DNA of 64,000 bases from the NCBI RefSeq assembly GCF_009914755.1, contig NC_060927.1; one strand, 5' to 3'. This DNA is from the human T2T-CHM13v2.0 reference genome, Homo sapiens. Below, one piece after another: positions 15,017 through 32,084 of this stretch. Below the pieces are notes generated by a model that searched no databases, was not told the origin of the DNA, and saw nothing but the letters and a program-made list of their open reading frames with translations. The position numbers and the translations under genes were made by a program. Positions within the stretch are counted from its first letter, which is position 1. Each line of letters opens with the position of its first letter.

Positions 15017-15509
15017 CTAAAAAGTCTAGATCCCTTAAATTAAATTATCCTGTTTAGGCACAGTGGTAAATATTTAGCAAACTACAAAATATTTAGAAAA
15101 CATTATAGAAAATGTTGCTTCAGAAGCTAAACTTTTTTAGGTTTAATATAATGACTTCAGACATCCCAAAAGATGTAGTCAGAACTTATAAACTGATAAG
15201 CACAGTTGTTTTGAACTGAAGATTTTTCTTATTTATAACTTCTCAATTACAGTTCAAAAACTAAGGGAAAGTGGCTGTTTATATTCAATTTTCTGAACAG
15301 TTTAAATTTGGATTAAACTCTGATACTTTAAAGATCAATTTTTTTAAAACTTTGACAAAACTTGATGGATCCCAAAAGAGAGGAGATTTGAATCATTAAA
15401 ATAGGTTCCACGGGCAAGAAAAACGAACTGAAATCAATATAACGTTTCCAAATGAATTTCCATCATTTTCACAGCTGTTCAGAAGACAGAAGATAGATCT
15501 TTACCCTTT

Positions 15510-16325
15510 ATTCATTTATTCATTCAGCCAACAAATATTATTGAACATATACTGTGTGTGCCAAGCGCTGTTTGGAACAATGTGCCCCAGCAGTGAACAA
15601 GTAGGCAAAAATCCCTGCCTCATGGAGCGCACATTCTAGCAAAAGAAGAAAGATACAATTAATAAATAAATTATACACTAACTTAAAAGGCAATATGTAC
15701 TACAGGAAAGAGAAAAAAAGATATCTGGGTGATAATGGTGACATGATTTAAAATAAGATAACCAGGGAAGTCCTAACGGATGCTGTGGTTCTTGAGCAGA
15801 GCAGGCTCACTCTTCTTATTTGCCAGGCACCCCTGGAAACGATAGGGTAGCCAAGAAAGGAGCTGCCAGTTTCAGGTAGGTGTTTCTCCTTGGCTTGGAA
15901 AACTCTGCTCTGCAGGGGGTGAGACTCAGCAAGATGGGAAGTAGAACTGGCACTGCTAAAAGAACAGACACAGGGCAGAGGTCCATTCATTTCCCACATT
16001 TAGAAGTAGTGCTGGGGAACGGACATGAAGAAGATGAGGGAGATAGATAGGGGCACATCTCAGGAAAAACATCCCGAGGTGAGGGCACTACAGAGGCTCT
16101 GAGACCAAAAGTGCCTGGCAAATTTGAAGAAGCTAGAGTTGAGGCAGAGTCATCTGGTGGCAAATGGTGGGAGATGCGGTCAGCATGTAATAAGGGACAG
16201 AACAGCGGGATTCTGCAAAGGCTTTTAAGGACTGGCTTCTCATCTAAGTGAAGTAGGGTGGGAGTTGTTGCTACAGGATTTTGAGCAAAGGAATGACGTG
16301 ATCAATTTTGTGTTTTAAAGAATCA
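15510..16325 (-). mobile_element. L2 3' fragment with an unexplained ~220-bp interruption
   Basis: attcatttattcattcagccaacaaatatt (L2 tail), aaatccctgcctcatggagc, ggattttgagcaaaggaatgacgtgatc. Confidence 0.75.
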
Positions 16326-18599
16326 TGATAAATATCAAAGTACTACAGTAAAGCTTAGTAAACATCTTCAAGTAAATATTTTAATTTACTTGCATTCTCA
16401 TTCAGGGTGTCATCTCTTTACATCAATTGTTACCTGCATAAATAGTTCTGTGGTCCTGGAGAAAAGAAGAGGCTTTTGTTTTACTTGCAGGTAGATGCAT
16501 GGTTTTGGAAAAGGCCCTGCATCTCTCTGCAGTTTTTTCCCCTTATCTGTAAAATTAACCTATTAGGCCAAATGGTCAAATATTATATCTTACTTTGTGA
16601 AAAAGGTACTGAAAATGTGCACCACGAAGTTTCTTGAATTATTCTCATTTTCAAAACTTAGTTTAAACATTTTCCATCTAATTTTAGGCTTTAAGCAACT
16701 TTGAAAATCAATGATTTCATTCTGGCAAAAGTTTAGGAGTTCGTTCTGATATTAATAAAATTGTTGTGCTACTCAAAATAGAGCTTTTTGGTTGCCTATT
16801 GCAGATGGGAATATTTTCCTGTGTTTTCTCTGTGTACTATAAATAAAGTTCATTATTAAACTCAGAAACATTTATTGGGAGAAAACTGCATACTTCATTT
16901 AAAATAAGAATGGTATACAGCATATATTACTTTTCTATTAAAAATGGATTAATCGAAAGTATCTGAATGCTGATAATTTCAATATTCCTGAGATATTGTT
17001 GTTTATAAGCATCTTAAAGCAGAATGTAACTTTGTGATCATATAGCAACTAATAAAAGAAAATTTACATAGACTTTAGCATTTGATCAATCCTAGAAATT
17101 ATTCTTGGAAACATCCAAGTGACTTTCTTAACTGGAGTAAATTTTTAAAATAAGATTAATGTAATAGTTTAGCATACTTATGAGTCACATCATTGGCACA
17201 GTCAGTGCAGTCTGGATATAAATGCAACCTAGATGTTAAGAGCATTTTCTACATCTTGGAATAAACTTTTTGGGAGAATGTATTTTTTTCTTTTCTCATC
17301 CGAGTGCCCACTCCAAGTCCTCACAGTCAGCTCTGTTTGACCACCACTTTTAAGCACATAACTGCTCAGTAACTCACACATGAATAGCAACTTCAGAAGA
17401 GAGCCCTATTCATTGAACAAGTTGGTGAATAAAATTTGGGGAAAATTAAGCCTCTCAAGTGCTGATCAACATTTCCCTTGGCATCCTATTAGTCTCACGC
17501 TGTAACTGCCTGACAATAAGACTGTGCAATTATCTTACAATTACAGCTTCAAGATTTTAACCTGAATGGGTTTGTTGGGTCCCACTTTCATTATTTTTGC
17601 CATATGTTATACTAATGAATGTTTTGTTGTATTCTTTCTTAGCCAAGTCTTTCTCCTGAGACTAGGAAGTCAACACAGTAATATCTAATCTACTGCATAA
17701 TGAGAAAGATATATTAATCATTTGATAGTTTCTTTTCTTGCTTTCTTTTTTTCCTTTTTCATGACTGACTGGCTATTAGACCTTTCCTGTTGAAGTGAAT
17801 TAAATGGGAATTTTTAGAAAATAAAATAGAAGAAAAGGGGAAGAAAATCTTAAGAGGAGGAAGAAAAGTAAGTAGAGAAAGAGGGAAAAAGAAAGAAGAA
17901 ATATGAGAGACAAAAATTACAATACAAGAAAAACTGTGGTTAAAAAGAAAACAACTCTCTGATTTGCTTCCCACTTCATTTGTCAGGCTAACTAGGGCCT
18001 AAAACCTTTAAATTTTACCACAAGAAACATATTACCACTCATTTTTAGAGTAAAAATGGACAAAATTAGAAAGTTATATTTTTATTCATTTATTCCTGTC
18101 TCAAATCATATTCTTTACTAGAATTCCAAAATTTTGAATTAGAGCTCACACCTCGAACCATAAAATTAGTGAATATATTCAGGTTTCTTAGTTTTGTGTT
18201 TAACAGTGTACTTACTTCATCCTGAAAATCTTGAGTATCTGTTTCTATACCAAATTTCATTCATTTATTCACTCACTCATATTTACGTATTCAGGCACTT
18301 AACCTATCAGAAATGTTGCTTATTTTACACTGTATTCATGTAGGAAATCAGGGATTTGTTTGATTTAACATCAAATTATGAAAATTTGTTTCTGGTCAAA
18401 TATTTACAGCATGGGGGAAAGTTTATTCTGAGAGCTTCTTCAGAATAAAAGATAGAATAAATGATAAATACCATTCTGTTTCTAGACAGAAACAGAAATA
18501 AGAAAAAAAAGTCACCCTACAAAGAAGCTTCTTTGATAGTCTGATTTCCTCAAACCAACTAAATCATATGTTTAATATTTAAAATGTCCCAGAAATAGT

Positions 18600-19450
18600 T
18601 CTTACACCTATCAAAACATACTTCAGCATAAAAAATGTAAATAGATCAGTGGAAACAGAGCCTAGTATATGTAAAAACTCAATATGCAATAAGGCAAACA
18701 TAACAATTTAATGAGAAAAGAATTGACTATTTTAGACGTGCTATTGGAAAAACTCACCATGTACTGAGAAAACAAAAGTCAGCTTAGATTTTCATCTCTG
18801 TCTTTACAAAAAGAAAGTCTAGTTGAAGAATGAGTTTGGATTGGGGGAGGAAATAACAAAGATAAACATTATAGCTTGTGGAAAACTAGATGTGAATGTA
18901 TCAGGATGAAAAATAGTATTTCCAAAAACAAGGAAAAAATAAGAAAAAAAAACATTTACTATCTAAAACTTTAAGATATCAGCATGCAAATTAAAATGTA
19001 AAATGACAAATATATTCACAATATACATGGCTGAATGTTTAATAACCTTACTATATAATGAAATTTTATAAATAACTCAGAAGAGTATGTGTACCTCAGT
19101 AAGGAAAAAAGGAGGTAAAGAAAAACAAGGCACCAAAATCAAATGAAAAATGCATTATTAAATAAATTCTTGTGTATTTTAATTATATTAAAAGATTTAT
19201 ATTTGAGAATGATCAAAACAATATAAAAGTAAAACATTCCATTTTTTTCTAACTTCATGGGCTATGGTGAAATAATGCTACATCTCTACAATGGAAATGC
19301 TTCCATAAATATCATAGCTTACACAAGTAATTCCATGCAAAGGGGAAAATTTGAGTGAAAAAACAGAATCAAACTACATAGAGTATTTTTTTTCTAATTC
19401 TTCATAGACAGGTAAGTAGATAGATGGTAAATAAATAAGGGCTGGAATGA
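18600..19450 (+). mobile_element. Very old L1M fragment
   Basis: A-rich, degenerate ORF2-end phrases such as atagatcagtggaaacag and tgctattggaaaaact. Confidence 0.5.
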
Positions 19451-19454
19451 AATA

Positions 19455-19688
19455 CATTTGACCCTGGAGCAATAAGGATTTGAACTATGTGGGTCCACTC
19501 ATATGCAGATTTTTTTCAACAGAACCAAAATCAAAAATACAGTATTAGCAGGATGTGAAACTTGCATATACTGAGGCCCAACTTTTCTATACACAGGTTC
19601 CACTGGGCAAATTGGGGTACTTGAGTATGTATGGATTTATGTATATATGGAGGTCCTGGAACCAATCCCCAGTGAGGGAAGACCTTAC
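19455..19688 (+). mobile_element. MER8/Tigger2-derived MITE
   Basis: ttgaccctggagcaa...tttgaactatgtgggtccact...ggtcctggaaccaatcccc. Confidence 0.8.
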
Positions 19689-19760
19689 ATAGCAATGTAA
19701 ACAGTGATGATGTGTTGATGATGACATTATGGCTGGTTTCTATCTTTGAAATTTAAATTT

Positions 19761-20052
<292 letters not shown>

Positions 20053-20399
20053 TAAAATTTAAATTTCTTAATTTATCTTTTTACTTATTAATTTACAGTT
20101 TTCTATACTTAAAACAAGGATGTTACAGTTATAATAAAGAACCGGTAAATATTTTTAATAAAAATGCATCATCCTCCAGCTGTCCTTTTCTGCCTTCACA
20201 TGCCAGAAGGACTTTACAAAATCAACCAACATGAAATGTGAAGATTTGGAAATGAGTGCATTTGACCCTGAGATAGCCTGCTTCTTTTCTCAGACCACAC
20301 TCAGGCCACACTTTCCTTCTACTTCACCATCAATACTCACCTTCACAATTTGTGGGCATGTCTGGCTTCTGAACTAGACCCCAAGATCCTTCAAGAGCA

Positions 20400-20990
20400 T
20401 GAAACTCTCTGCTTCTACCCTTATCCAGCTATCCCCACCTCCCTCTATCATAATTCTCAGTCATTACAGCAGCCAGAAGGCCTCTTAAAATTTGTATCAG
20501 ATTATTTTACTCTGCTCAAAAGCCTCTGATGGTGTCTTTTCAATGAGAGTAAAATCATCTTCTTACAATAGCTTACCACGCTGTCTGGCCCACCATTATT
20601 CACTCTCCACTTTCACAACTTCCTCTACTCTCTCCTTTGTTCTCTTTACTGCAAGTGTTCTAGTATCTTTCTTGATCTTCAACCTTTCCTAGGATGGTTG
20701 CACCACAGGGCCTTAGAAGAGGCTATTCTCTCTGCCTGAAACTCTTACTGAAATCACCCCGTTTACAATCACACACCTGTAGTCCTCACAATCCCTTTTA
20801 CTCTGGTTTACTTTTGTCACTAGCACTTATCACCTAATAAACTTTAAAGTTTAGTTATATATTGTGTTTTTGTTTGACTTTCCTACCAGTATGTAAATTC
20901 AGTGAGGCTTGGGATTTTTATTTCTTCTCTCTGTTATTATCTCCTGTGCCTAAAATAGTGCTTGGCTTGTAGTATTTGTTGACAAAATAA
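20400..20990 (+). mobile_element. L2 fragment
   Basis: acagcagccagaagg..ttaaaa...ctctgctcaaaagcctct...tagcacttatcacc...gtgcctaaaatagtgcttggc. Confidence 0.7.
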
Positions 20991-21964
20991 AAGTTTATAG
21001 TACTGGCCCCTAAAATAGGAGGAAACACACATATAAATATATATTTAGTAAATGTTTTTTACCAAAAATTTAAAAATCACTTTATATAAATTATTTATCT
21101 TTATCAACTTCAAGTTGTTTCTTGCTTCTCCTACCTCCAAAATATTTATTAAAAGGGGGTTGAGGGAAATGGGACAGATAAACTTCTACATTCAACAGTG
21201 TAATACCAAATTTTATTTTTAATAATGTTGTTTCCTCAGTTGAAGTACAAAATTTAGGGGATAAAAAGTAAGATCTATTTTTTTACCATTACATTAGAAA
21301 TTTTTTTTGGTAGAACACAATCAGAGATCTCTTATCTCATCAAAACTTGTTACATGTTTTTGTCTTTTGCTTTAATTTATAGAATGGACATATACAATGC
21401 CGATATTTTCTCAATAATTTATTTCCAGGGAAATGTTTCTCTCCTGCCCAAGATATTGGTGTTAAATTAGAAAAGTTGGATGATAAATGAGAGTAGCAGA
21501 GTTGAAAGCTGGTTGTTTAATTAGGAATAGATAATCTCATGCAATGAGAAAAGACTAATCCAGTAAGATTTGTAAATTTCTCTGTAAATCAGAGTAAATA
21601 ACTCACATACGATATTAACTCATTTACTTACAATGCTCAGAATGAATGTTAATATGGTATGTGAGTTATTTACTCTAGGTCCTACAATAGGGACAGAATA
21701 CAGAAGTGCACCCAGGAATTATCTAATATGTAGCCTCGTGAGCACTGTTGTGCCCCCCAGCCTAGTGCTGTGAGGGGCAGTGAGTTGCATTTAGAGACAC
21801 TTGGGACTCCTAGGCACCGGTGGAGTCCTCCTCACACAGTAGCAGCATTGGCCGTCAACTTTCAGGAAGTCTCCATAAAGTACTGCAGGTTGGCTGAATG
21901 AGTGGAGCAACTTCAAAGGGAGTCTCAGTGATCCTCTTTCTCAATCTTAAAGCTGGTCAGTTCC

Positions 21965-22493
21965 ATCAGTTTTTATGGCTGCATAGTATTCCATGGTGCA
22001 TATGTGCCACATTTTCTTAATCCAGTCTATCATTGTTGGACATTTGGGTTGGTTCCAAGTCTTTGCTATTGTGAATGAGTTCATGTCCTTTGTAGGGACA
22101 TGGATGAAATTGGAAATCATCATTCTCAGTAAACTATTGCAAGGACAAAAAACCAAACACCGCATGTTCTCACTCATAGGTGGGAATTGAACAGTGAGAA
22201 CACATGGACTCAGGAAGGGGAACATCACACTCTGGGGACTGTTGTGGGGTGGGGGGAGGGGGGAGGGATAGCATTAGGAGATATACTTAATGCTAAATGA
22301 GGCGTTAATGGGTGCAGCACACCAGCATGGCACATGTATACATATGTAACTAACCTGCACATTGTACACATGTACCCTAAAACTTAAAGTATAATAATAA
22401 TAAAATAAAATAAAATAAAATAAAATAAAATAAAATAAAATAAAAAAACTTTATAATAAACATTTCAGCATAAGTTTCAAAAAAAAAAGAAAA
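21965..22493 (+). mobile_element. L1PA (PA2/3-like) 3' end with 5' inversion and short 3' transduction
   Basis: Inverted part 21965-22075, forward part 22076-22400, (taaaa)n, 30 unique bp, second A tail; 16-bp TSD aaagctggtcagttcc at 21949-21964 and 22494-22509. Confidence 0.93.
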
Positions 22494-24283
22494 AAAGCTG
22501 GTCAGTTCCTAAAGGTTGGCTTAGTTCATCAGCCCTGTTTTTAATCTATTTTGAAAAAGTTTCAAATTAATTTAAAGCTTAATGTGGCATATAGTATAAA
22601 TATGCTACCCATTCAAAATCCTAAAAGCCAACTAACCAAGATAAGGGTCTTGTCTAGTTTCCAGAAGTTTAACAGGACAAATTCTCCAAGATTTGGCAAA
22701 TGATGAGTACAATTATATGGCCCAATTTACATCATAGGCATAGGTTCACATTCCTATCTACTCTCTTCCTCCAAAATGAGGCTTTAACATGATTGCCACA
22801 CAAACTTATATAATACTGGGAAGATTGAACTACAAAGAGATTGACCTTTATTTACACCTGAGAGGGTTCTCCTGACACCTTTAGCTTATTCTTGTTCTTA
22901 GAAGGGGAGGGTCCAATTTCAACATAGCTACAACTTACATCTTATTCTAGCAAAAATTTACTGAAAAAAGTATGTATGTTTTCTGGTCATAAAATAGACT
23001 ATTTTGTGAAAATAGTCTGCATGCTGAATTGTGCTTTCACCACTAAATGACAGACAAAATCAACAGATTATTCATCTTATGCTTTGGTATAATTATTTAA
23101 TCAACTTAAAATTGCACAAAGCTATCCTAACCTACAAACAGTGGACAATTAAAAAAAAAAGCATTGTAAGAATAAGATATTTAAAATGCATTCATGGAGC
23201 AATCCCTAAGTTTAGCTTGAAGGAGTTTATTTTACCTCAGCAAATTTCTACCTAGTTATCAATTGTCCTCAGAAATGCCATATTAGCTCACTATTAAATC
23301 TAAAAAAGAAATCTTCAAAATCAGCAGTGAATTTTTCTTTCTTAACATAAAACATTTGAAATGACCTGTTTCTCTGTTTTTGCCACAGGCAAAAAATGTG
23401 ACCTATTAGTCTCTTAAAAAAAAAAAAAGCCACAACCCCCAACAAAACAGAAAGCTGAACATCTGGAGAAAATCTAGTACCCTAAGATTAATTATACAAT
23501 GTAGTAGCAGGTGGTGCTAAGAACTATTAAGCTGATTTAATAAAAAGGGCAAATATCTCCAATTCCATTTCTTCCAATAAATTCCTACAAGCAGGTGCAA
23601 CAGCACAGCCGACTTAGTTTTCTCCTGTTAAGTAAAAAAGAGCTTTCGTTATTTTTTTATTTTTAGAATCTCTGGGCCATTACTGTAATAAAATATCACT
23701 GTACACTATGTTTTATTTTTGTCATTGAAAGGAAATATAAATAATGCATAATCAAAGTATCTAAATTTCTGAAACAACTGTTGATATGCTGACAGATTAT
23801 GTGGATGAAAATAAACCAGTCTAAATATAAAGCTACTTTTCTTTTCATTAAAAGGGGTTAATGTTTTGAAGCTAAATCCAAATAATAAAAATATCTTAAG
23901 AAAACAGCCTTTTAAAATGAAAGAAAATCCTTGTTCTCAGAGCATGTATACATTTTATTTCATTAATGTCACTTAAACTTCTCAGGTCTCAATTTTCTCA
24001 TTTCTGAAGTAAAAATAGACAATTTGATCACTCCATATTTTAATAATGGCCTAATTCTAAGCTTTTTGGGTAATTTTCCTTTTTAAAAAATGAATGTCCA
24101 TCTTTTCCATCTTCCATTCCAAGATGGCCAAATAATACAAGATTAAGACAGGATATGGAATCTGAATTCAGCTAGATTGACACCTCAGTAAGTGGAGTTA
24201 AGTTTTAATTGCTGGCAATCATTGAAAACACTAAGGGTAATAGAGTCAGAAATACTGCATGATTACTTAAATGTTGTGACTAC

Positions 24284-24745
24284 TGTCATGGTTAGTACTG
24301 AGTGTCAACTTGATTGGATTGAAGGATGCAAAGTATTGATCCTGGGCACGTCAGTGAGGGTGTTGCCAAAGGAGATTAACATTTGAGAAAGTGGGCTAGG
24401 AAAGGCAGATCCACCCTTAATCTGGGTGGGCACCATCTAATCAGCTGCCAGCACAGCTAGAATATAAAGTAGGCAGAAAAAGGTGAAAAGACTAGACTGG
24501 CCTAGCCTCCCAGCCTATATCTTTCTCCTGTGCTGGATGCTTCCTGGCCTAAAATACTGGACTCAAAGTTTTTCTGTTTGGGGAGTCGGACTGGCTCTCC
24601 TTGCTCCTCAGCTTGCAGATGGCCCATTGTGGGACCTTGTGACCATGTGAGTTAATACTTACTAAACTCCCCTTTATATATATCATATATATATAATTAT
24701 ATATATGTATAATGAGTTGTGTCTCTAGAGAACCCTGACTAATAC
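24284..24745 (+). mobile_element. MLT2A LTR (5' LTR of HERV-L)
   Basis: tgtcatggttagtactgagtgtcaacttgattggattgaagg...gaaccctgactaataca, followed by the PBS-like gattttggtaccaggagtgg. Confidence 0.92.
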
Positions 24746-27498
24746 AGATTTTGGTACCAGGAGTGGTTCTAGAGGAACAGAATATTAAGGATGAAGGTCT
24801 TTCATTGGTACCAGGGTTTCTGGAGTTGGCTGCTTAATATGATTAGACTTCAAAAATGCTAAGGAATCTACTTATAAAAGGATGGAGCAACTAATAGTCC
24901 TTGATGTGAAGTGTTTAGAGAGTTATGCAAAATAAATGCATGAGATACTCCTGATACACTGCTCAAGAGAGGTGAGGAGTTTAGTGACTCTACGCATACT
25001 ACCTTTTACCATATGTGGTGAACCAAGGACATAATGAAGCTGGTTAAGTTCAGTGGACAAAGTGATGAAATAAAATAATGAACTCAGGGATTCTAACTCC
25101 TGCTACAGAAGCAGATATTGAGCCTCAAATCTGCTAAGATTGCCCTGAGTGGGAGTCTTATCCGTGGAAAAACAGACACAAGCTCTTATCATGTGAGTGG
25201 CTGACCTGCAATGAAAGAGGCATGCACAACCTCGCCAGGTGTCTACTGTTAAAATGAGGATATTGATTGGAAAAGAATGGCACTTTGCAATTTGGAATGG
25301 GGACATGAGGGAGCACTCTGATAAAGCTGGGGGTCACTGAGTTTCTAAACTCTGATGAATCTTTTTTGTCAGAAGAAACAATTTCCCCACCTCTCCAGTA
25401 GAGGTAACATCCCCTCCCTGACCCATGCTGCCATCAGCCTTTCCACCTTTGTCTGAGGAGATAAACCCTGCACTGCCTGAGACAACAGTGACGGTATCCC
25501 CTGAGGTAGTTGCCAGACACGATAATCTTGATTCTCCTAAGGAGCCACCGCCAACACCCTTGTTTGCTTCTAGACCTATAACTAGACTAACGTCCTGGTG
25601 GGCCCCTAGAGGTGAGGTTGAGACTGTGACCCATGAGGAAGTGTGCTACACTCTAAAAGAACTGCTTGAGTTTTCCAATTTATATAAGCAGAAATCTGAA
25701 GAACAGGCATGGCAATTGATATTAAGGATGTGTAATAATGGTTGAAGGAACATAGAGGTGGATCAGGCTGAATTTATTGATTGGGCCCACTAACTAGGGG
25801 CTCTGCATTTAATGTTGCATCTTGAGGAGTTAAAAATGGTTCTAAGAGTTTATTTGCTTGGTTAGCTGAAATATGGATTAAAAGATGGCCCTGGCTGGGC
25901 ATGGTGGCTCACACCTGTAATCCCAGCACTTTGGGAGGCCAAGGTGGGTGGATCACAAGGTCAGGAGTTTGAGACCAGCCTGGACAACATTGTGAAACCC
26001 TGTCTCTACTAAAAATACAAAAAAAACAGCTGGGTGTGGTCGTGGGCACCTGTAATTCCAGCTACTTGGGAGGTTGAGGTAGGAGAATTGCTTAAACTCT
26101 GGAGATAGAGGTTGCAGCGAGCCAAGATGTGCCATTGCACTCCAGCCTGGCTGACAAGAGTGAAACTTTGCCTTAAAAAAAAAAAAAGGTGGCCCACTGT
26201 GAGTGAGCTGGAAATGCCTGATCTCCCTTGGTTTAATGTAGAGGAAGGGATCCAAAGGCTTGGGTGATTGGGATGGTGGAGTGGGTTAGTCACTTGAGAC
26301 CTACTCATAACAGCTAGGGGGGGTCCAAAAGATATACCCGTGACCAATGCCTTGTGAAATAGATTTGTGAAGGCAGCACCTGCATCTTTGAAGAGCCCTG
26401 TAATTGCTCTTCTCTGTATGTCAGATCTAACAGTGGAAACCACAGTCACTCAACTACAAAATTTAAATATAATGGGAATAATTGGATCCTAAGGTGACAG
26501 GGGCCAAGTCGTGGCACTCAACCATCAAAGGCAAGGTTAGCATAGCTACCGTAATAGACAGCAGAGGCAAAGCAGCAATCAGAATGGTCTGATTTGCAGA
26601 GAGCTCTGGCATTGGCTAATTAATAAGAGTGTTCCTATAAGTGAAATTGATGGGAAGCTTATGCAAGCAGAAAACTGCTAGATCGAATGGACAAAAGGCT
26701 AATTTGAATTATAAAAACAGAGAATCACAGCCCCTCAATCAATTTTCAGACTTGAGTCAGTTACAGACCCAGAACCCCTTGAATGAAGGGGAGGCCGGGT
26801 CCCCTTGAGGAAAGAGACCTCTACATTACCAACAATTTATGCAGTGACTCTCCCATCCTTCCATAAGGAGACCTCCAACCTTTTACCAGGGTAACTGTGC
26901 ATTGTGGAACAGGAAATGACCAGATATTTCAGGGACTACTGGACACTGGTTCTGAGCTGACGTTGATTCCAGGGGACCCAAAACGTCATTGTGCTCCTCT
27001 AGTTACAGTAGGGGCTTATGGAGGTCAGATAATTAACGGATTTTTAGCTCAAGTCTGACTTACAGTGGGTCCAGTTGGTCCCCGGATTCATCCTGTCATC
27101 ATTTTCCCAGTGTCAGAATGCATAATTGGCATAGACATACTTAGCAGATGGCAGTACCCCCAAATTGGCTCTCTGACTGGTAGGGTGAGGGCTACTATGG
27201 TGGGAAAAGCCAAATGGAAGCCATTAGAGCTGCCTATATCTAGAACAATAGTAAATCAAAAACAATATCACATCCCTGGAGGGGTTGTGGATATTAGTGT
27301 CATCATCAAGGACTTAAAATATGCAAGGGTGATGATTTCCACCACATCCCCATTCAACTCTCCCATTTGGCCTGTGCAGAAAACAGATGGATCTTGGAGA
27401 ATGATGGTGGATTATCCTAAGCTTAACCAAGTGGTGACTCAAATTGTAGCTGCTGAACCAGATGTGGTTTCATTGCTTGAGCAATTTAACACATCTCC
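24746..27498 (+). pseudogene. HERV-L internal region: decayed gag, protease and N-terminal RT; remainder deleted
   Basis: gag-like ORF 25425-25745; protease LLDTGSE at ~26935; ORF 27065-27562 with PFNSPIWPVQKTDGSWRMMVDY. Confidence 0.9.
25893..26187 (+). mobile_element. AluS inserted in HERV-L gag
   Basis: Full Alu; TSD aaaag(a/g)tggccc. Confidence 0.95.
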
Positions 27499-27506
27499 AC
27501 ACACAC

Positions 27507-27552
<46 letters not shown>

Positions 27553-27758
27553 GTTATATTAGAGTTCTCTAGAGAGACAGAATTAATAGAGAGACAGATA
27601 TATATATATACACACACATATATATGTGTGTTTATTAAGTCACACCGTTCTCTAGAGAGACAGAACTATACACATATATATGTGTGTACATATACATATA
27701 CAATATATAATCTGTCTCTCTATTAGTTCTGTCTCTCGAGAGAACGCTGACTAATATA
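27499..27758. repeat. Rearranged MLT2A 3' LTR terminus with (CA/TA/TG)n and inverted copies
   Basis: Forward LTR end at 27700-27758; inverted copies at ~27552-27645 and ~27647-27670; TSD actac at 24279-24283 and 27759-27763. Confidence 0.85.
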
Positions 27759-28196
27759 ACTACCTATATTGCTTTAAAATTTTAGCACTTATAAACTGAC
27801 ATGTATAAAATGACATTTTTCATTAAGTTTTTAATCGATGCCAGTCATAGAATACTTGCGGGCAATGCCAATAGAAGTCTGTGATAACTAATCTATTTTG
27901 CAGACCTCACACATTAATGTGGAAAACTTTAGTGAATCATGAAGTCTGAATTTTAATTTTTTAATCTATATCTTAATATACTTTTTTTTAAATTATACTT
28001 TAAGTTTTAGGGTACATGTGCACAACATGCAGGTTTGTTACATATGTATACATGTGCCATGTTGGTGTGCTGCACCCATTAACTCGTCATTTAACATTAG
28101 GTATATCTCCTAATGCTATCTATCCCCCCTCCCCCCACCCCACAACAGGTCCCACTGTGTGATGTTCCCCTTCCTGTGTCCATGTGATCTCATTGT

Positions 28197-32021
<3,825 letters not shown>

Positions 32022-32084
32022 TATGATGTTAGCTGGTTATTTTGCTTGTTAGTTGATGCAGTTTCTTCCTAGCCTTGATGGTCT

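Noticed and set aside
15059-15095. V(D)J RSS heptamer cacagtg
   Set aside because: No proper nonamer at 12 or 23 spacing and no V/J segment nearby
16474-16496. ttttgttttacttgcag|gtagat as a recursive site
   Set aside because: The reconstituted donor is weak and there is no other support
18752-18780. Minus-strand 6-nt microexon ttttgttttctcag|TACATG|gtgagt
   Set aside because: It lies inside an antisense-read L1M remnant where such motifs arise by chance; it also shows the background rate for the other candidates
21760-21830. CTCF-like motif and ggactcc/ggagtcc hairpin
   Set aside because: Only a partial motif match and a 7-bp stem, both expected by chance
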